Shown here: positions 20,447 through 30,547 of the stretch, piece after piece | Layout of the letters: each line of letters opens with the position of its first letter | Numbering within the stretch: the first letter of the stretch is position 1 | DNA from: an uncultured Fibrobacterota bacterium | GTDB lineage: Bacteria; Fibrobacterota; Chitinivibrionia; Chitinivibrionales; FEN-1185 | DNA length: 64,000 nt | NCBI GenBank assembly: GCA_963753345.1 | Contig: CAVWBU010000049.1 | Span: 64,001 to 128,000 of the forward strand | Reading direction: 5' to 3' | The notes under the pieces: generated by a model | Told to the model about the DNA's origin: nothing | Databases searched by the model: none | What the model saw: only the letters and a program-made list of their open reading frames with translations | Position numbers and translations under genes: made by a program

Positions 20447-20998
20447 TCACTTCATCACCTGAATTTCCTTCACCGTATTGTTTGTAAACTGAAGCGGGCC
20501 GCAGCAGGCGCCGTCAACGGCCAGCGAATATCCCTCTCCCATGCCTGCCAGCTTGGCCAGTTTTCCAACATACTGCTTTCCGTCGTTGAGGATCAGCCGC
20601 GCGGTTTTCCCGAATACATCGGCAGGCAGCTTGTCGCTTGCAAGCGTGTACGATGCCGTTTTCCCGTGCTTGCCGTAGTAATCCCACACCGCCACCTGCC
20701 CTCCGGATTGTTCGAAATGCAGCGCAAGTTCGCCCGGTTTCATCTGGCGCTGGACGTTGTTTTTGAACGTTACGGTGCCGGAAGACGGCGTGCCGTCGGC
20801 ATTGACGGAAAATGCGAATTCCGCTTCAATGCCTAAATACGATTCAGGATTGCTCACGGACATGGCGGTGATCCGGCCGCCGTTGTCCGTTACCAGCTTG
20901 AGCCCTTCAAACGTTTCTTCGCCGGCAAAAGAAGCTGTCGGAAACACGATCAATGCGCACAGCGAACTTAGCCCCCATGTCAATAATAGGTTTTTCAC
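20447..20998 (-). CDS. Exported protein of unknown function, paralog 3
   Basis: AAGGAGG RBS and GTG start, signal peptide ending SFA; SNPESYLGIEAE, FKNNVQRQMKPGEL, TVKEIQVMK. Confidence 0.85.
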   Translation of the reverse strand: MKNLLLTWGLSSLCALIVFPTASFAGEETFEGLKLVTDNGGRITAMSVSNPESYLGIEAEFAFSVNADGTPSSGTVTFKNNVQRQMKPGELALHFEQSGGQVAVWDYYGKHGKTASYTLASDKLPADVFGKTARLILNDGKQYVGKLAKLAGMGEGYSLAVDGACCGPLQFTNNTVKEIQVMK

Positions 20999-21163
20999 GA
21001 TGACCTCCTTCTTACTTAGGAAAATACAATGCGCGCGAATTATCCGGTACGCCTCTATCATTTTCGCCCAATGAGACCGAATTCGAGGGGTCACAAGGCG
21101 GCCGTGTTTTTTGGGATGGTGTGAAATAAGAAAAAGACTCGCAGGAAAATAGAAAGACGTGGT

Positions 21164-21313
21164 GGGGGAAGTGTCCCCCTAGGGTTCAGCCAACCGGCGC
21201 AACGTCAGGCTCAAATGCGAATGTTGCCAGTTGTCTGAACCCATACCCCCTCGTGGGTGGCCCCCAAGTGTGTTGGTTTGCAAGAAAGAAACCTCTGCCG
21301 CGGGGGCACCGAG
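21164..21313 (+). repeat. Family-1 repeat, copy B
   Basis: GGGGGAAGTGTCCCCCT, GGGTTCAG...CTGAACCC stem, TACCCCCTCGTGGGTGGCCCCC...GGGGGCACCGAG. Confidence 0.9.
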
Positions 21314-21415
21314 AAAGCGGGTTGAAAGTTGAAGGTATGAGAAGAATTCCTCACAGGCTTGCAAAGATGTTAGTTGGCGCAAGAAAGAAAATGTGACAGA
21401 ATTGATTTCCCCTGC

Positions 21416-21611
21416 CGCGCGTTAGGGGCGACTGGAGGCTGCGCTAGAGCGCGGTGCCGCCCGGACCCGCCGCGCTGCGCGGCATAGGGCCGTTGCGGCC
21501 CGAGGCCAAAGGCCGACGACCCTTGGAAGCACCCGAAGGGGTGGACCGAAAGGAGAACCGACCCCATGTAAATTCGCACAGTCGGGCGAATTCACATGGG
21601 GTAACGCCCAA
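21416..21611 (+). repeat. Family-2 repeat, copy 6 (27-bp insert 21517-21543)
   Basis: CGCGCGTTAGG..GACTGGAGG...; enlarged last hairpin CCCCATGTAAATTCG...CGAATTCACATGGGG; ends CGCCCAA. Confidence 0.9.
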
Positions 21612-21634
21612 ATCTTTATTCTTGTTTAAAAAGT

Positions 21635-22540
21635 TTATATTCTGGAGTCTTGCCAGAAATCATAAAAATTAAACCACTCGTACGGCTTTGCCTTGACAGC
21701 CTGCTCAAGGATTCCAACGTACCGTTCCACGGCGGTAAAAATATACTTGTCACGGTTTTCGGGCGTATTGCCTTCGAAAAGGATGGGGGCATAGGCCTTG
21801 AAGATATATTTCCTGAGGCCGGACTTGGTTACCATAATGGGAATGACTGAGGCGCCGGTCGCTGCCGCGACCGCAAACGGGCCGAGCGGAAACCACACGT
21901 CCTCGCCCAGAAAATTGTGCTTCTGCGCCTTCTGGCCCGGCGCAACGCGGTCGCCGTGCATGCATACAAGACCGTTTCCCTTGAGCGCGTTGCGAACCGC
22001 CATCACGAGGTCGAGCCCTCCTTCACCGACGGGAATCACTTTGGTCCTGCGGCCGTCAAGGGCCTTTTGGAACAGTTCCTTCATTTCGGGCCTTTCGGCG
22101 TCCATCATCAGATAATAGACGTCGGCGTTGAGCCGCTCCGAAAGAAGATTGCCCGCGATTTCCCAGTTTCCCGCGTGCGCGCCCAGGAGTATGGCGCCGG
22201 AGCCCCTTGCCGCCGCGGCCGCGATGAGGTCTTCGCGCTGGGATTCAAATCTGAAAAACGACTGCTTCCCGGTGAGGAATGCGTATCTGTCAATCATACT
22301 GGTACCAAAGGAAAGACAGTGCCGGAAGCGGTGCCACAGGGAGGTGCGCAGGCCGAGGTGGGACCGCAGCGCCCGGACCGCGAGCGCCGATTGTTTGTCT
22401 GCCAGTGCGTAGAACATGCTCACAAAAAGGAGCAGAACATAGGCCGGCACCACGCCGAAAAGAGAAATGAGCCGGACAAATATTTTGGTGCCCAGGGTGC
22501 TTCCCCGTGATTGCCCGTTCCACTCCGTGGGAGAGTTCAT
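21635..22540 (-). CDS. LpxL-like acyltransferase (type found in aryl polyene/flexirubin clusters)
   Basis: N-terminal WNGQSRG, GAHAGNWE (HxxxxE), HGDR, PYEWFNFYDFW. Confidence 0.88.
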   Translation of the reverse strand: MNSPTEWNGQSRGSTLGTKIFVRLISLFGVVPAYVLLLFVSMFYALADKQSALAVRALRSHLGLRTSLWHRFRHCLSFGTSMIDRYAFLTGKQSFFRFESQREDLIAAAAARGSGAILLGAHAGNWEIAGNLLSERLNADVYYLMMDAERPEMKELFQKALDGRRTKVIPVGEGGLDLVMAVRNALKGNGLVCMHGDRVAPGQKAQKHNFLGEDVWFPLGPFAVAAATGASVIPIMVTKSGLRKYIFKAYAPILFEGNTPENRDKYIFTAVERYVGILEQAVKAKPYEWFNFYDFWQDSRI

Positions 22541-23418
22541 GGAGCGGTCGTCCCTTGCCAGCGTTTCTGGAATTCGGCAGTTGAATTCTGTCTGCGCTGC
22601 TGGTCTGTTTCGAGCTTAAGATACGCTTCAAAGGAGGTTTGAGCCTGCTGCCGGTCGGGAATTGCGGTTGAGTACAGCATGGAAAGCTCCAGCGCCGAGA
22701 GCGTGGCCGCCAGCCTGAGGTTCGCCTGATCGGCCACAAGGTTCGCCTTTGCGCTTTGTCCGCCGGCGAACAGATCCATTTCGCGCCGGTAGTGCCGTGC
22801 CGCTGCCGCAAAATCCTTTTTTTCCGCCGCTATCCTTGCCAGCAGAAAGTTCTCGACGGGCAGCGCGGTGTCTATGGAAAGCGCCATTTCGAAGTACTTC
22901 TGCGCGAGTGCCGGATTCCTCATCTCGTAATACGACAGGAGCCCGAGGTTGTGGCATGCCATGAAATTCTTCGGGTCCACTGCCAGAATCTTCTCGTAGG
23001 CCGCCTGCGCCGATGCGAAATCTTTCTTCTCCGTAAAGACACGTGCCAGGTTGTAGAGATGTTCCGGCATCCCCGGCGACGCCTTGATCGCTTCCTGAAC
23101 GTAGCATTGAGCCGAATCAAGATACGCCGGAGAGCGCTCGGCGCGGTAGCGGTCGAAAAAGAAGCTGCCGATTGCTTCGAGGATCTTTGCGCGTTCCTTT
23201 GGATTCTTCTCGGCCGCGAGCGCCTTTCGCGCTTCGCCGAGGTCGACGGCAACCGGACCTTGCCGGTCGTAACCGCCGACGCCCTGCCGGACGTCGACAG
23301 CCGGGAGCGGCGTTCCAAAATAGGAATGGTTGCCGTTTGCCGCGACCATCGCGATGGCCCATATCCCGAACGCGAGCGGGTAAAACCCGCTGTCGCGGTT
23401 GACAATGGGTATCTTCAT
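22537..23418 (-). CDS. Tetratricopeptide repeat protein
   Basis: N-terminal hydrophobic segment; TPR-like YNLARVF...YEKILAVDP...HNLGLL. Confidence 0.85.
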   Translation of the reverse strand: MKIPIVNRDSGFYPLAFGIWAIAMVAANGNHSYFGTPLPAVDVRQGVGGYDRQGPVAVDLGEARKALAAEKNPKERAKILEAIGSFFFDRYRAERSPAYLDSAQCYVQEAIKASPGMPEHLYNLARVFTEKKDFASAQAAYEKILAVDPKNFMACHNLGLLSYYEMRNPALAQKYFEMALSIDTALPVENFLLARIAAEKKDFAAAARHYRREMDLFAGGQSAKANLVADQANLRLAATLSALELSMLYSTAIPDRQQAQTSFEAYLKLETDQQRRQNSTAEFQKRWQGTTAP

Positions 23419-25016
23419 TTCCGTACCACCTCGTACACCACCGTGGGCGGATTGTTGAGCGCATAGGCGATCTTGAACCGGTCAAAATGGCTGCGAATGG
23501 CGGGAAAAAGGTATTCCCGCGACGTGCCGGTCCATGCGAAATTGTCGAGCACCACGTACGAAACGTGCGCGTCGTCTATTGTCTCCATGATTTTGTTGAC
23601 GTCGTGCGAATACGGGTACATGACGCCCGGATGTTTTGACCGGATAAAAAACAACTCGGCCTTCCTGTTCATGACCACGGCGCCGGGAGGCGTGTTGACG
23701 CGTATCCAGTCGGCGCAGCTGTAGAAATTTTTCCAGTCCGGGCCCAGCGCCGTTTCCCTTTTGGCGTAGGAAATCTGGAAGTGGACGTTCGACAGTACAA
23801 TGAGAACCGCGGCGATCCACACGATCGATCGATTGAGCCGGGAGGGATGCGCACAAGGCAGGGTGATGGCGGCAAACCTGTTGCGTATTTTCGCCCCCCC
23901 TTGATCGTGGAAGAGGGCAACCACGCCCTCGATGCCGAAAAGCAGGAAAAAATACAGAAATGGAATGACTCCCGCAACGAAGCGCTCGCTTGACCATTGC
24001 GTCTGCCACATGAGAATGATGCCGAAATACATGAATACATACAGTGACAGAAATTTCATCGGCCCGAACAAGCTGCGCAGCCATCCCGCAAAAATGAAAA
24101 GGAGGAATGCGGCGGTGATGAGGGCCTGCGCTCCCTTCGGGGTGGCGGGAGGCAGCGAGATGATCGATCTTTGAAGGATAGTGGAGCCGTAGGCCTGGAT
24201 ATTCTGCAGGATGCGCTGCACCATTTCCCCGAAGGTAACGAACCCCGCATCGGGATTATAGGAGTTTCGCAGCACGATATGGATGAAATACCCGCCGCCG
24301 CCCGTCGTGGCCATATGGAACGCCGCCACGGTGACTACGAGCACAACGGCGTGCGCGATCATGTATCGGTACCGTTTCGTCAATAAATTCGTGAGCAGCC
24401 ATGATGCGCTGAAAGCCAGGCCGATGCTTCGGCATTGGAGGGGGAGCACCGACACAACGGCGGTGACTAGGAACAGCCACCGGTCGTTCGGCCTGGCGAT
24501 GCTCAGCTCGTAGAGGTACAATGCGAGGAGTGAAAAAAGCAAAAAAGGGGCTTCGCTCATGAGGGTGGAGCTGAACTGCGCAAGCGTTGCGCACGCGGCG
24601 CACAGCGCTACGATCGGCAGTAAAAGGTTTTTTGAATACAGCCTGAAGAGATAATATGCCAGCAGCGTTATCAGGGCGCCGATGAGGGATTGAACGATTT
24701 TTGCCGCTAAAATGCTGGAAGAAAAAATCTGGATAAACGACAGCATGAGCGGGAAGACGATCGGCGTTGATTTTTCCGCAGGCAAATCCGGGTACTGTAT
24801 CTTGTGGTACCCCTTGCCGTCGTGGATGGCTTTTCCCAGCAGGTAAAAGCACGCGTCATCGCCGTTCGTCGACAGATCCGGCGTGAACTGCCAGGCAAGC
24901 AGTGCGAGCTGGGCAATAATGAGAATTCTTACCCAGGTTGATTGCGAAAGTGTCGGAAGACCTCGCGGGGGCCTTTTTTCCACTTCTTTCTTAACGGGTG
25001 TGCCTTTTCTATCCAT
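23415..25016 (-). CDS. GT-C fold (ArnT/PMT-like) membrane glycosyltransferase
   Basis: NGDDACFY acidic motif after the first TM, MSEAPF, many TM helices, ERF, DWIRVNTPP. Confidence 0.75.
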   Translation of the reverse strand: MDRKGTPVKKEVEKRPPRGLPTLSQSTWVRILIIAQLALLAWQFTPDLSTNGDDACFYLLGKAIHDGKGYHKIQYPDLPAEKSTPIVFPLMLSFIQIFSSSILAAKIVQSLIGALITLLAYYLFRLYSKNLLLPIVALCAACATLAQFSSTLMSEAPFLLFSLLALYLYELSIARPNDRWLFLVTAVVSVLPLQCRSIGLAFSASWLLTNLLTKRYRYMIAHAVVLVVTVAAFHMATTGGGGYFIHIVLRNSYNPDAGFVTFGEMVQRILQNIQAYGSTILQRSIISLPPATPKGAQALITAAFLLFIFAGWLRSLFGPMKFLSLYVFMYFGIILMWQTQWSSERFVAGVIPFLYFFLLFGIEGVVALFHDQGGAKIRNRFAAITLPCAHPSRLNRSIVWIAAVLIVLSNVHFQISYAKRETALGPDWKNFYSCADWIRVNTPPGAVVMNRKAELFFIRSKHPGVMYPYSHDVNKIMETIDDAHVSYVVLDNFAWTGTSREYLFPAIRSHFDRFKIAYALNNPPTVVYEVVRK

Positions 25017-25232
25017 CGATTAAAAATATAAGGTGATTTCCCGGTGCGTAAGAGGAAAATGAACCTGCATGTTTCTTCTAGGGGAACGTCGATGCCATGA
25101 CGAAATAGCCTTCTCCAATTGACTGAGAACAGGGAAAACGGTATTTTCTCAAACTCCTTCGCCTGAAGCACGATGGAGTGTGGACATCCACCGAGGTCCG
25201 CTGTTTCGAGTTTCCGTAGACTGAAGGGATTC

Positions 25233-25832
25233 ATGGACGATAGAAACAGAACACGCGGTTTCGGGGTTTTCGAAAAGTACCTTTCATCGAGACGGGCGCA
25301 CGTCGCCGACAAGCTCATTCCTTATGCCCTCCGGAAGGGTTCGCTCCTCGACATCGGATGCGGTCCTTATCCGTATTTTCTCACGCACACCGAATTCAAC
25401 ACGAAAGTCGGGATCGACCAGGAGTGCCAGGGCTCCTCCATGAATCTGAAGGGCATTACAATTCGTCAATGGGACGTCGGCAAGAATCTCAAGCTTCCCT
25501 TTGAAAACGCCTCTTTTGATGCGGTGACGATGCTCGCGGTAATCGAGCATCTCGAGTTCGATCACCTAGTTTCCATCCTTGATGAGATCCACCGGCTCAC
25601 AAAACCCGGGGGCTGTCTGATTATGACCAGCCCGTCGTTCTGGACCGCCCCGATCCTATTCGCTCTCTCACGGATCGGCGTTATCAGCAAGCTCGAAATC
25701 GACGATCACAAGCATGCATATTCCTTGTCGGAATTGTCTCTTATTATCGGTAAATCCCGTTTTTCTACGGGTTCCCGCGGCATGGGACATTTCGAATGGG
25801 GAATGAACATGTGGGTAAGAGTGACAAAGTAA
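25233..25832 (+). CDS. Class I SAM-dependent methyltransferase
   Basis: LLDIGCG, LPFENASFDAVTMLAVIEHL, RLTKPGG. Confidence 0.9.
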   Translation: MDDRNRTRGFGVFEKYLSSRRAHVADKLIPYALRKGSLLDIGCGPYPYFLTHTEFNTKVGIDQECQGSSMNLKGITIRQWDVGKNLKLPFENASFDAVTMLAVIEHLEFDHLVSILDEIHRLTKPGGCLIMTSPSFWTAPILFALSRIGVISKLEIDDHKHAYSLSELSLIIGKSRFSTGSRGMGHFEWGMNMWVRVTK

Positions 25833-26013
25833 TTTTCCCGGCGCAGCCTTCCCGATCTGCCACAAGCCGCAAACAAAAGCCTGCCGCGTGTCCCGAAAGG
25901 AAAGCCTGAATTTAAGTTGACAAAGGTCTACAAAACATTATATTAATTGTAATGGCTTGTGTATGGCAGGAACAATCGAGCCGATATAACTTTTTCATAA
26001 AGGGGGCGCATTT

Positions 26014-27825
26014 ATGAGAAGGACTGGAAGATCAATATTTTGGCTTTCGTTGATTGTATCGGCGTGCATCGTCCAGGCTCAGGTGTCGACGGGTTTGGTT
26101 GCCCAATACCACTGCGATGAAGGAAGGGACAGCATACTCCACGACAGCGGGCCGTATGCAAACAACATCGCGCTTCATAATGTATTATGGGCGGCGGGTA
26201 AGAGCGGTTCCTGCCTCGTTTTCAACGGGATTAACAGCTATGGAATGGTGACGGCCCAGTCGGGCACGTCGCTTGATTTCGGCGCCGGCGATTTTACGGT
26301 TGCGCTGTGGATCAACACCACGTCACCGTCAAACGCCAGTCACAAGGAGAACATCCTCTCAAAAGGAGACCCTTTCAATACGGGCGTGACGCTCTCCATT
26401 GAGCATGGGATTACCTATGCATGCGTGGGGAGCACCGGATTGGCGGGTTTCAGCTGGTCGATCAAACCGGTAAACGACGGGAGTTGGCATTATTACGTAT
26501 GCGTGAGGAAATCGGGGATTGTTTCGGTATACAACGACACGGTGCTTGTAAGCAGCTACTCATTTTCAGGAAGCGTTACCGTGTCGACGGCAATGTTCCT
26601 TGGAAGGCATGGAGCCGCGGCCGAAGAATATTATAACGGCATGCTCGACGAGATCTCACTGTATTCCCGGGCGCTGTCGTCTTCCGAAATCAGCGCGGGC
26701 TTCCGGTCTGTTGCCATTTCAACAAGCGTGCCCGTGCTTATTCCCATCCCCTCTCCAACCGAAAACCGCCAGCCCACGTTTGCCTGGCATCATGTTTCTT
26801 CGGAGAATTCGTACACCGTCAACATCGACACGAACAGGCAATTCCAATCGGTCCTTATCCACGTTCCGGTGAGCGACACCGTGTTTGTGCCTCTGACGCC
26901 GCTTCCGCTTGGCACGATATACTGGTACGTCGCGTGCAACGATACGCCGGCGGGGAGATATTCAAGCGTCGATTCGGTTGTCCTTGTTGCCCACGATCCT
27001 TATCCTACGGTGTTAATCCCGGTTGCGCCCGACCCGACCGTTGAAAGGAGACCGCGGCTGGCCTGGCACAAGGTTTCGGCCGCCACGCAATATACGTTGA
27101 ACATCGCCGATAATATCGTTTTTTCATCGCCGATTGTCTCGATCCAGCTCAGCGACACTTCGTTTTCACCGCTGAGCGATTTGCCTCTTGGCACCATATA
27201 TTGGGAGGTCAAATCGGACACAAGCCTCAGATTCGCAACAAGCTCATTCACCATTCAGCCGGATTCGATTCCCCTATTGTACAGGTTCAATGGCGCCACG
27301 GTGTTCCAGACCCGGCCCGCGTTCAAATGGCACCCTGTGAGCAGCGCCGCCTCGTACACGCTCCAGGTCGACACGGTTGTGGGCTTTGCCAATCCGGTGT
27401 ATATCATGCCGACGCAAGACACCATGTTCGTACCGCTCATCGACCTCGCGGCGGGGGGCACCTACTTCTGGAGAGTTTCCTGCAGCAGGAACGCATCGCT
27501 CTTCTCGCCCGAGGACACGGTGAGGATTTCCCCAACACCCGTTGTAATTGCTGATAAGAAAATCGGAGATGCGGGCGCCGCCGCCGCCATTCGCCTGGTT
27601 GAGCGCGGCAGCAATCAATATCTGTCGGTGAGAATTCCCGCAGCAAAAGGGTGCATTCTTGTAACGCTGCTGTCCGTTTCGGGGAGAACGCTTTTTCATT
27701 CGGCAATGCAAAACGTGCAAACGCTGGACATCCCGCTAGAATCGAAAATCACGAGCGGCGTTTATATCGTTCGGGTTACAGCGGGCGTCAAGACGTATTC
27801 ATCGAGGGTGTTTTTGGACAAATAA
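26014..27825 (+). CDS. Secreted LamG/concanavalin-like protein with three FN3-like repeats and C-terminal sorting-type domain
   Basis: Signal peptide; DFTVALWI...NDGSWH...GMLDEISLYSRALS; three P.F.WH.VS.A..YTL...YW repeats; SGVYIVRV. Confidence 0.85.
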   Translation: MRRTGRSIFWLSLIVSACIVQAQVSTGLVAQYHCDEGRDSILHDSGPYANNIALHNVLWAAGKSGSCLVFNGINSYGMVTAQSGTSLDFGAGDFTVALWINTTSPSNASHKENILSKGDPFNTGVTLSIEHGITYACVGSTGLAGFSWSIKPVNDGSWHYYVCVRKSGIVSVYNDTVLVSSYSFSGSVTVSTAMFLGRHGAAAEEYYNGMLDEISLYSRALSSSEISAGFRSVAISTSVPVLIPIPSPTENRQPTFAWHHVSSENSYTVNIDTNRQFQSVLIHVPVSDTVFVPLTPLPLGTIYWYVACNDTPAGRYSSVDSVVLVAHDPYPTVLIPVAPDPTVERRPRLAWHKVSAATQYTLNIADNIVFSSPIVSIQLSDTSFSPLSDLPLGTIYWEVKSDTSLRFATSSFTIQPDSIPLLYRFNGATVFQTRPAFKWHPVSSAASYTLQVDTVVGFANPVYIMPTQDTMFVPLIDLAAGGTYFWRVSCSRNASLFSPEDTVRISPTPVVIADKKIGDAGAAAAIRLVERGSNQYLSVRIPAAKGCILVTLLSVSGRTLFHSAMQNVQTLDIPLESKITSGVYIVRVTAGVKTYSSRVFLDK

Positions 27826-28035
27826 GAAATCGGACGCACGAGGGTTTGGAACGGGCATAAGAAGCGTTTTACAAATCCGCGGCGGCAATTCGCCCGAAGG
27901 CATCTCGATGGGCCGGGTTCCGCCTCCGTCGGCGTTTATCGCAGGGGCAACCGTTCTTCTGCGGCAACGGCAGAGCGGCGTTGCGAACAAAGGCGGCGGC
28001 AGGTCTGAAGCGTATTCGCGCCAGTCTAGCCGCCG

Positions 28036-28431
28036 TCACTTCAAATACCCCTCAAGTATCTTCCTGTCCGGCGGCAGCCATTCAAGCCCCTTCGCGCTTT
28101 CCCCGTCCACCCACCTGATCTCCTGGTGCTCCTTCGCAAAAAACTCGTCCCGTCCCGCCCTGCACACAAACGGAATGAGCGTCACCAATTTGTCCGGATA
28201 TTCGAACGTCACCTCTTCAAGTCGTGCCTTCACGGTTATTTCCGCACCCAATTCCTCCATAATTTCCCTGACTATCGCGGCCTCCGGCGTTTCTCCCTTG
28301 CGCACCTTACCTCCCGGGAATTCCCAAAACCCCGCATGGGACTGGCCGCTCCCGCGCTGCGCGGCAAGGATTCTGCCGTCCTTTTCGATGATCGCGCAGG
28401 CCACCAGGACAGGAGTATTGGTTCTCGTCAT
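28036..28431 (-). CDS. NUDIX hydrolase (MutT/NudG-like)
   Basis: WEFPGGKVRKGETPEAAIVREIMEELG Nudix box. Confidence 0.92.
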   Translation of the reverse strand: MTRTNTPVLVACAIIEKDGRILAAQRGSGQSHAGFWEFPGGKVRKGETPEAAIVREIMEELGAEITVKARLEEVTFEYPDKLVTLIPFVCRAGRDEFFAKEHQEIRWVDGESAKGLEWLPPDRKILEGYLK

Positions 28432-28549
28432 TTTCAAAAAATATGTCGTGTGCCCCAGCAGACAAAATTCAAATCCCGAACCGGAAAACGTAACGTATAT
28501 TTTATCTCTCTCGTTAACCATCGTCTCATCCTCCGTAACGGCAAGGCCT

Positions 28550-30547
28550 ATGAACACCGCGTTTTCCCGGTATCCCGCAGCGATGAAAAAGGAGGAATTC
28601 CTCCCCGTGGCGTACCGCTGGATGTATTTGTCAAGAAAGCTCGAAGAAAGGATCGTCGAGCTTTACAAGAAGCGGTACGTGAAGGGAACCGTGACGCTCG
28701 GCATCGGCAACGAGGCGACGGCCGTGGGCATGAGCGCGCCGCTGCGGCCGAAAAAAGACGTGCTCGCGCTCATGCAGCGCGATTTCGTTGCGCACCTGAT
28801 CATGGGCGAGACGCCGTACCGCCTGCTGTGCCAGTACATCGCCAATGCCGACAGCCCCACGCACGGACGCGAGGGGAACGTGCACCACGGCAACGCGGCC
28901 GAGCGCCGCTTCCCCATGATAAGCCATTTGTCGAACATGCTGTCACTTATTGTGGGCGGAACCTGGAGCGCGCGGAAAAACGGCGAGGATGCGGTCGGGC
29001 TCGCCGTCATCGGCGACGGCGGCAGCAGCAAGGGCGAATTCCACGAGTCCATCAACATCGCGTCGGTGCTCAAGGTGCCGGTGCTGTTCCTTATCCAGAA
29101 CAACCACTATTCCTATTCAACGCCCACCAAACTCCAATACGCGTGCGAAAAGCTCTCGGACCGGGCCGGCGGATACGGCATCAAGGGAAAAACCATCGAC
29201 GGCACCGACGTGTGGGAAGTGTATTCGGCGGTGTGCGCCGCGCTTGACGAAATGACCGCCACGTCGCTTCCGTACATTCTCGAATGCATGACGCTGCGTC
29301 TCGAAGGACACGCCGTGTACGACAAGGCAGAATATGTTACCAAAGAGGAGCGTGACGAGTGGCTCACCCGCGAGCCGCTGATGCAGGCGCGGCGCGCGCT
29401 GCTTGATAGCGGATGCGCCGAGGCGGCCGTTGCCGGCATCGAGCGGCAGGCGGAGGAAGAAGCCGAGGCTGCGGTGCGGAAGGCGCTTGTGCCGCCCAGG
29501 CCGGACCCGGTGATAACCGCGGGCGCGGTGTTCGCGGAAAGCAAGCCGTTCCCCGTGTGCAAGCCGTTTTTTGCCGGGAAGGTTAAGTTCATCAACGCGG
29601 TGACGCTTGCGCAGGACTACCTTCTCGCCAACGAACCTTCGGCCGTGCTCCTGGGACTGGACATCGGGCCGTACGGCTCCGCGTTCAAAACGTGCAAGGG
29701 ACTCTTTGACAAGTACGGAAGGGGCCGCGTGATGGACATGCCGCTCGCCGAGTCGGCCATTGCCGGGTTCGCGCTTGGCGCATCGCAGACAGGCTCGCGT
29801 CCCATCATCGAATTCCAGTTCGCCGATTTCTCGACCGAAAGCGTCACCCAGCTCGGGCTCAACGCCGGCACCTGGTATTTCCGCAGCGGCAGGGAAGCGC
29901 CGCTGCTCGTGAGGCTTCCCTGCGGCGGCGGCATCACGCTCGGCGCGTTCCACTCCGGCGAGTTCGAGGGACTGTGGTCGAGGTTCTGCGGCGTCAAGCT
30001 TTTGTATCCCTTTACGCCGCAGGAAATGTTCGAAGCGCTCGTGGCAGGTTTCTACGACCCGAACCCGTGCCTTGTGTTCGAGCACAAGCTGCTGTACGGA
30101 AGCGCCAAGGGGTCGGACATCGACTTCGACGGCGACCTTTCGAAAGTCTGGAAGGAGCGTCAGTACGCCGCCGGGACGGATTGCACCGTGGTGGGAATCG
30201 GCGCCATGCTCGACGTTGCGATGGCGGCCTGCGGGGATCTGGGCGGCAGCTTCGACATCTTCAACCCATTCGTCCTCAACCCGCTGAAGCCTTCACAAAT
30301 AATACAATCGGTGAAGAAGACGGGCCGGCTGTGCGTGGTGCAGGAAAGCACGGCAAGCGCAGGACTCGGCGACAGGATTATTTCCACGGTGTGCAGGGAA
30401 TGTTTTTCCTTTTTGAAAAGAGCGCCCGTCCTCGTGAGCGCGCCCGATATGCCGGTGCCGTTTGCGCCCGAGCTTGAAACGCTGTACCGGCCGGGCCGGG
30501 ACCGGGTGAAAGAGGCCATTTCAACATTGACAGGAGATTCACGGTGA
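28550..30547 (+). CDS. Fused E1 alpha/beta ThDP-dependent 2-oxoacid dehydrogenase
   Basis: GDGGSSKG...IQNN ThDP motif, RLEGHAVYD loop; beta part DMPLAESAI, EFQFADF, GAFHS, FEHKLLY. Confidence 0.93.
   Translation: MNTAFSRYPAAMKKEEFLPVAYRWMYLSRKLEERIVELYKKRYVKGTVTLGIGNEATAVGMSAPLRPKKDVLALMQRDFVAHLIMGETPYRLLCQYIANADSPTHGREGNVHHGNAAERRFPMISHLSNMLSLIVGGTWSARKNGEDAVGLAVIGDGGSSKGEFHESINIASVLKVPVLFLIQNNHYSYSTPTKLQYACEKLSDRAGGYGIKGKTIDGTDVWEVYSAVCAALDEMTATSLPYILECMTLRLEGHAVYDKAEYVTKEERDEWLTREPLMQARRALLDSGCAEAAVAGIERQAEEEAEAAVRKALVPPRPDPVITAGAVFAESKPFPVCKPFFAGKVKFINAVTLAQDYLLANEPSAVLLGLDIGPYGSAFKTCKGLFDKYGRGRVMDMPLAESAIAGFALGASQTGSRPIIEFQFADFSTESVTQLGLNAGTWYFRSGREAPLLVRLPCGGGITLGAFHSGEFEGLWSRFCGVKLLYPFTPQEMFEALVAGFYDPNPCLVFEHKLLYGSAKGSDIDFDGDLSKVWKERQYAAGTDCTVVGIGAMLDVAMAACGDLGGSFDIFNPFVLNPLKPSQIIQSVKKTGRLCVVQESTASAGLGDRIISTVCRECFSFLKRAPVLVSAPDMPVPFAPELETLYRPGRDRVKEAISTLTGDSR

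Noticed and set aside
9052-21611. Family-2 repeats as integron attC sites
   Set aside because: GTTAGG and GCCCAA occur in the wrong order for attC (RYYYAAC...GTTRRRY), copies lie in both orientations, and no integrase or cassette array is present.
27908-28549. Long N-terminal extension of E1
   Set aside because: It overlaps the NUDIX gene on the opposite strand; homology begins near ATG 28550.
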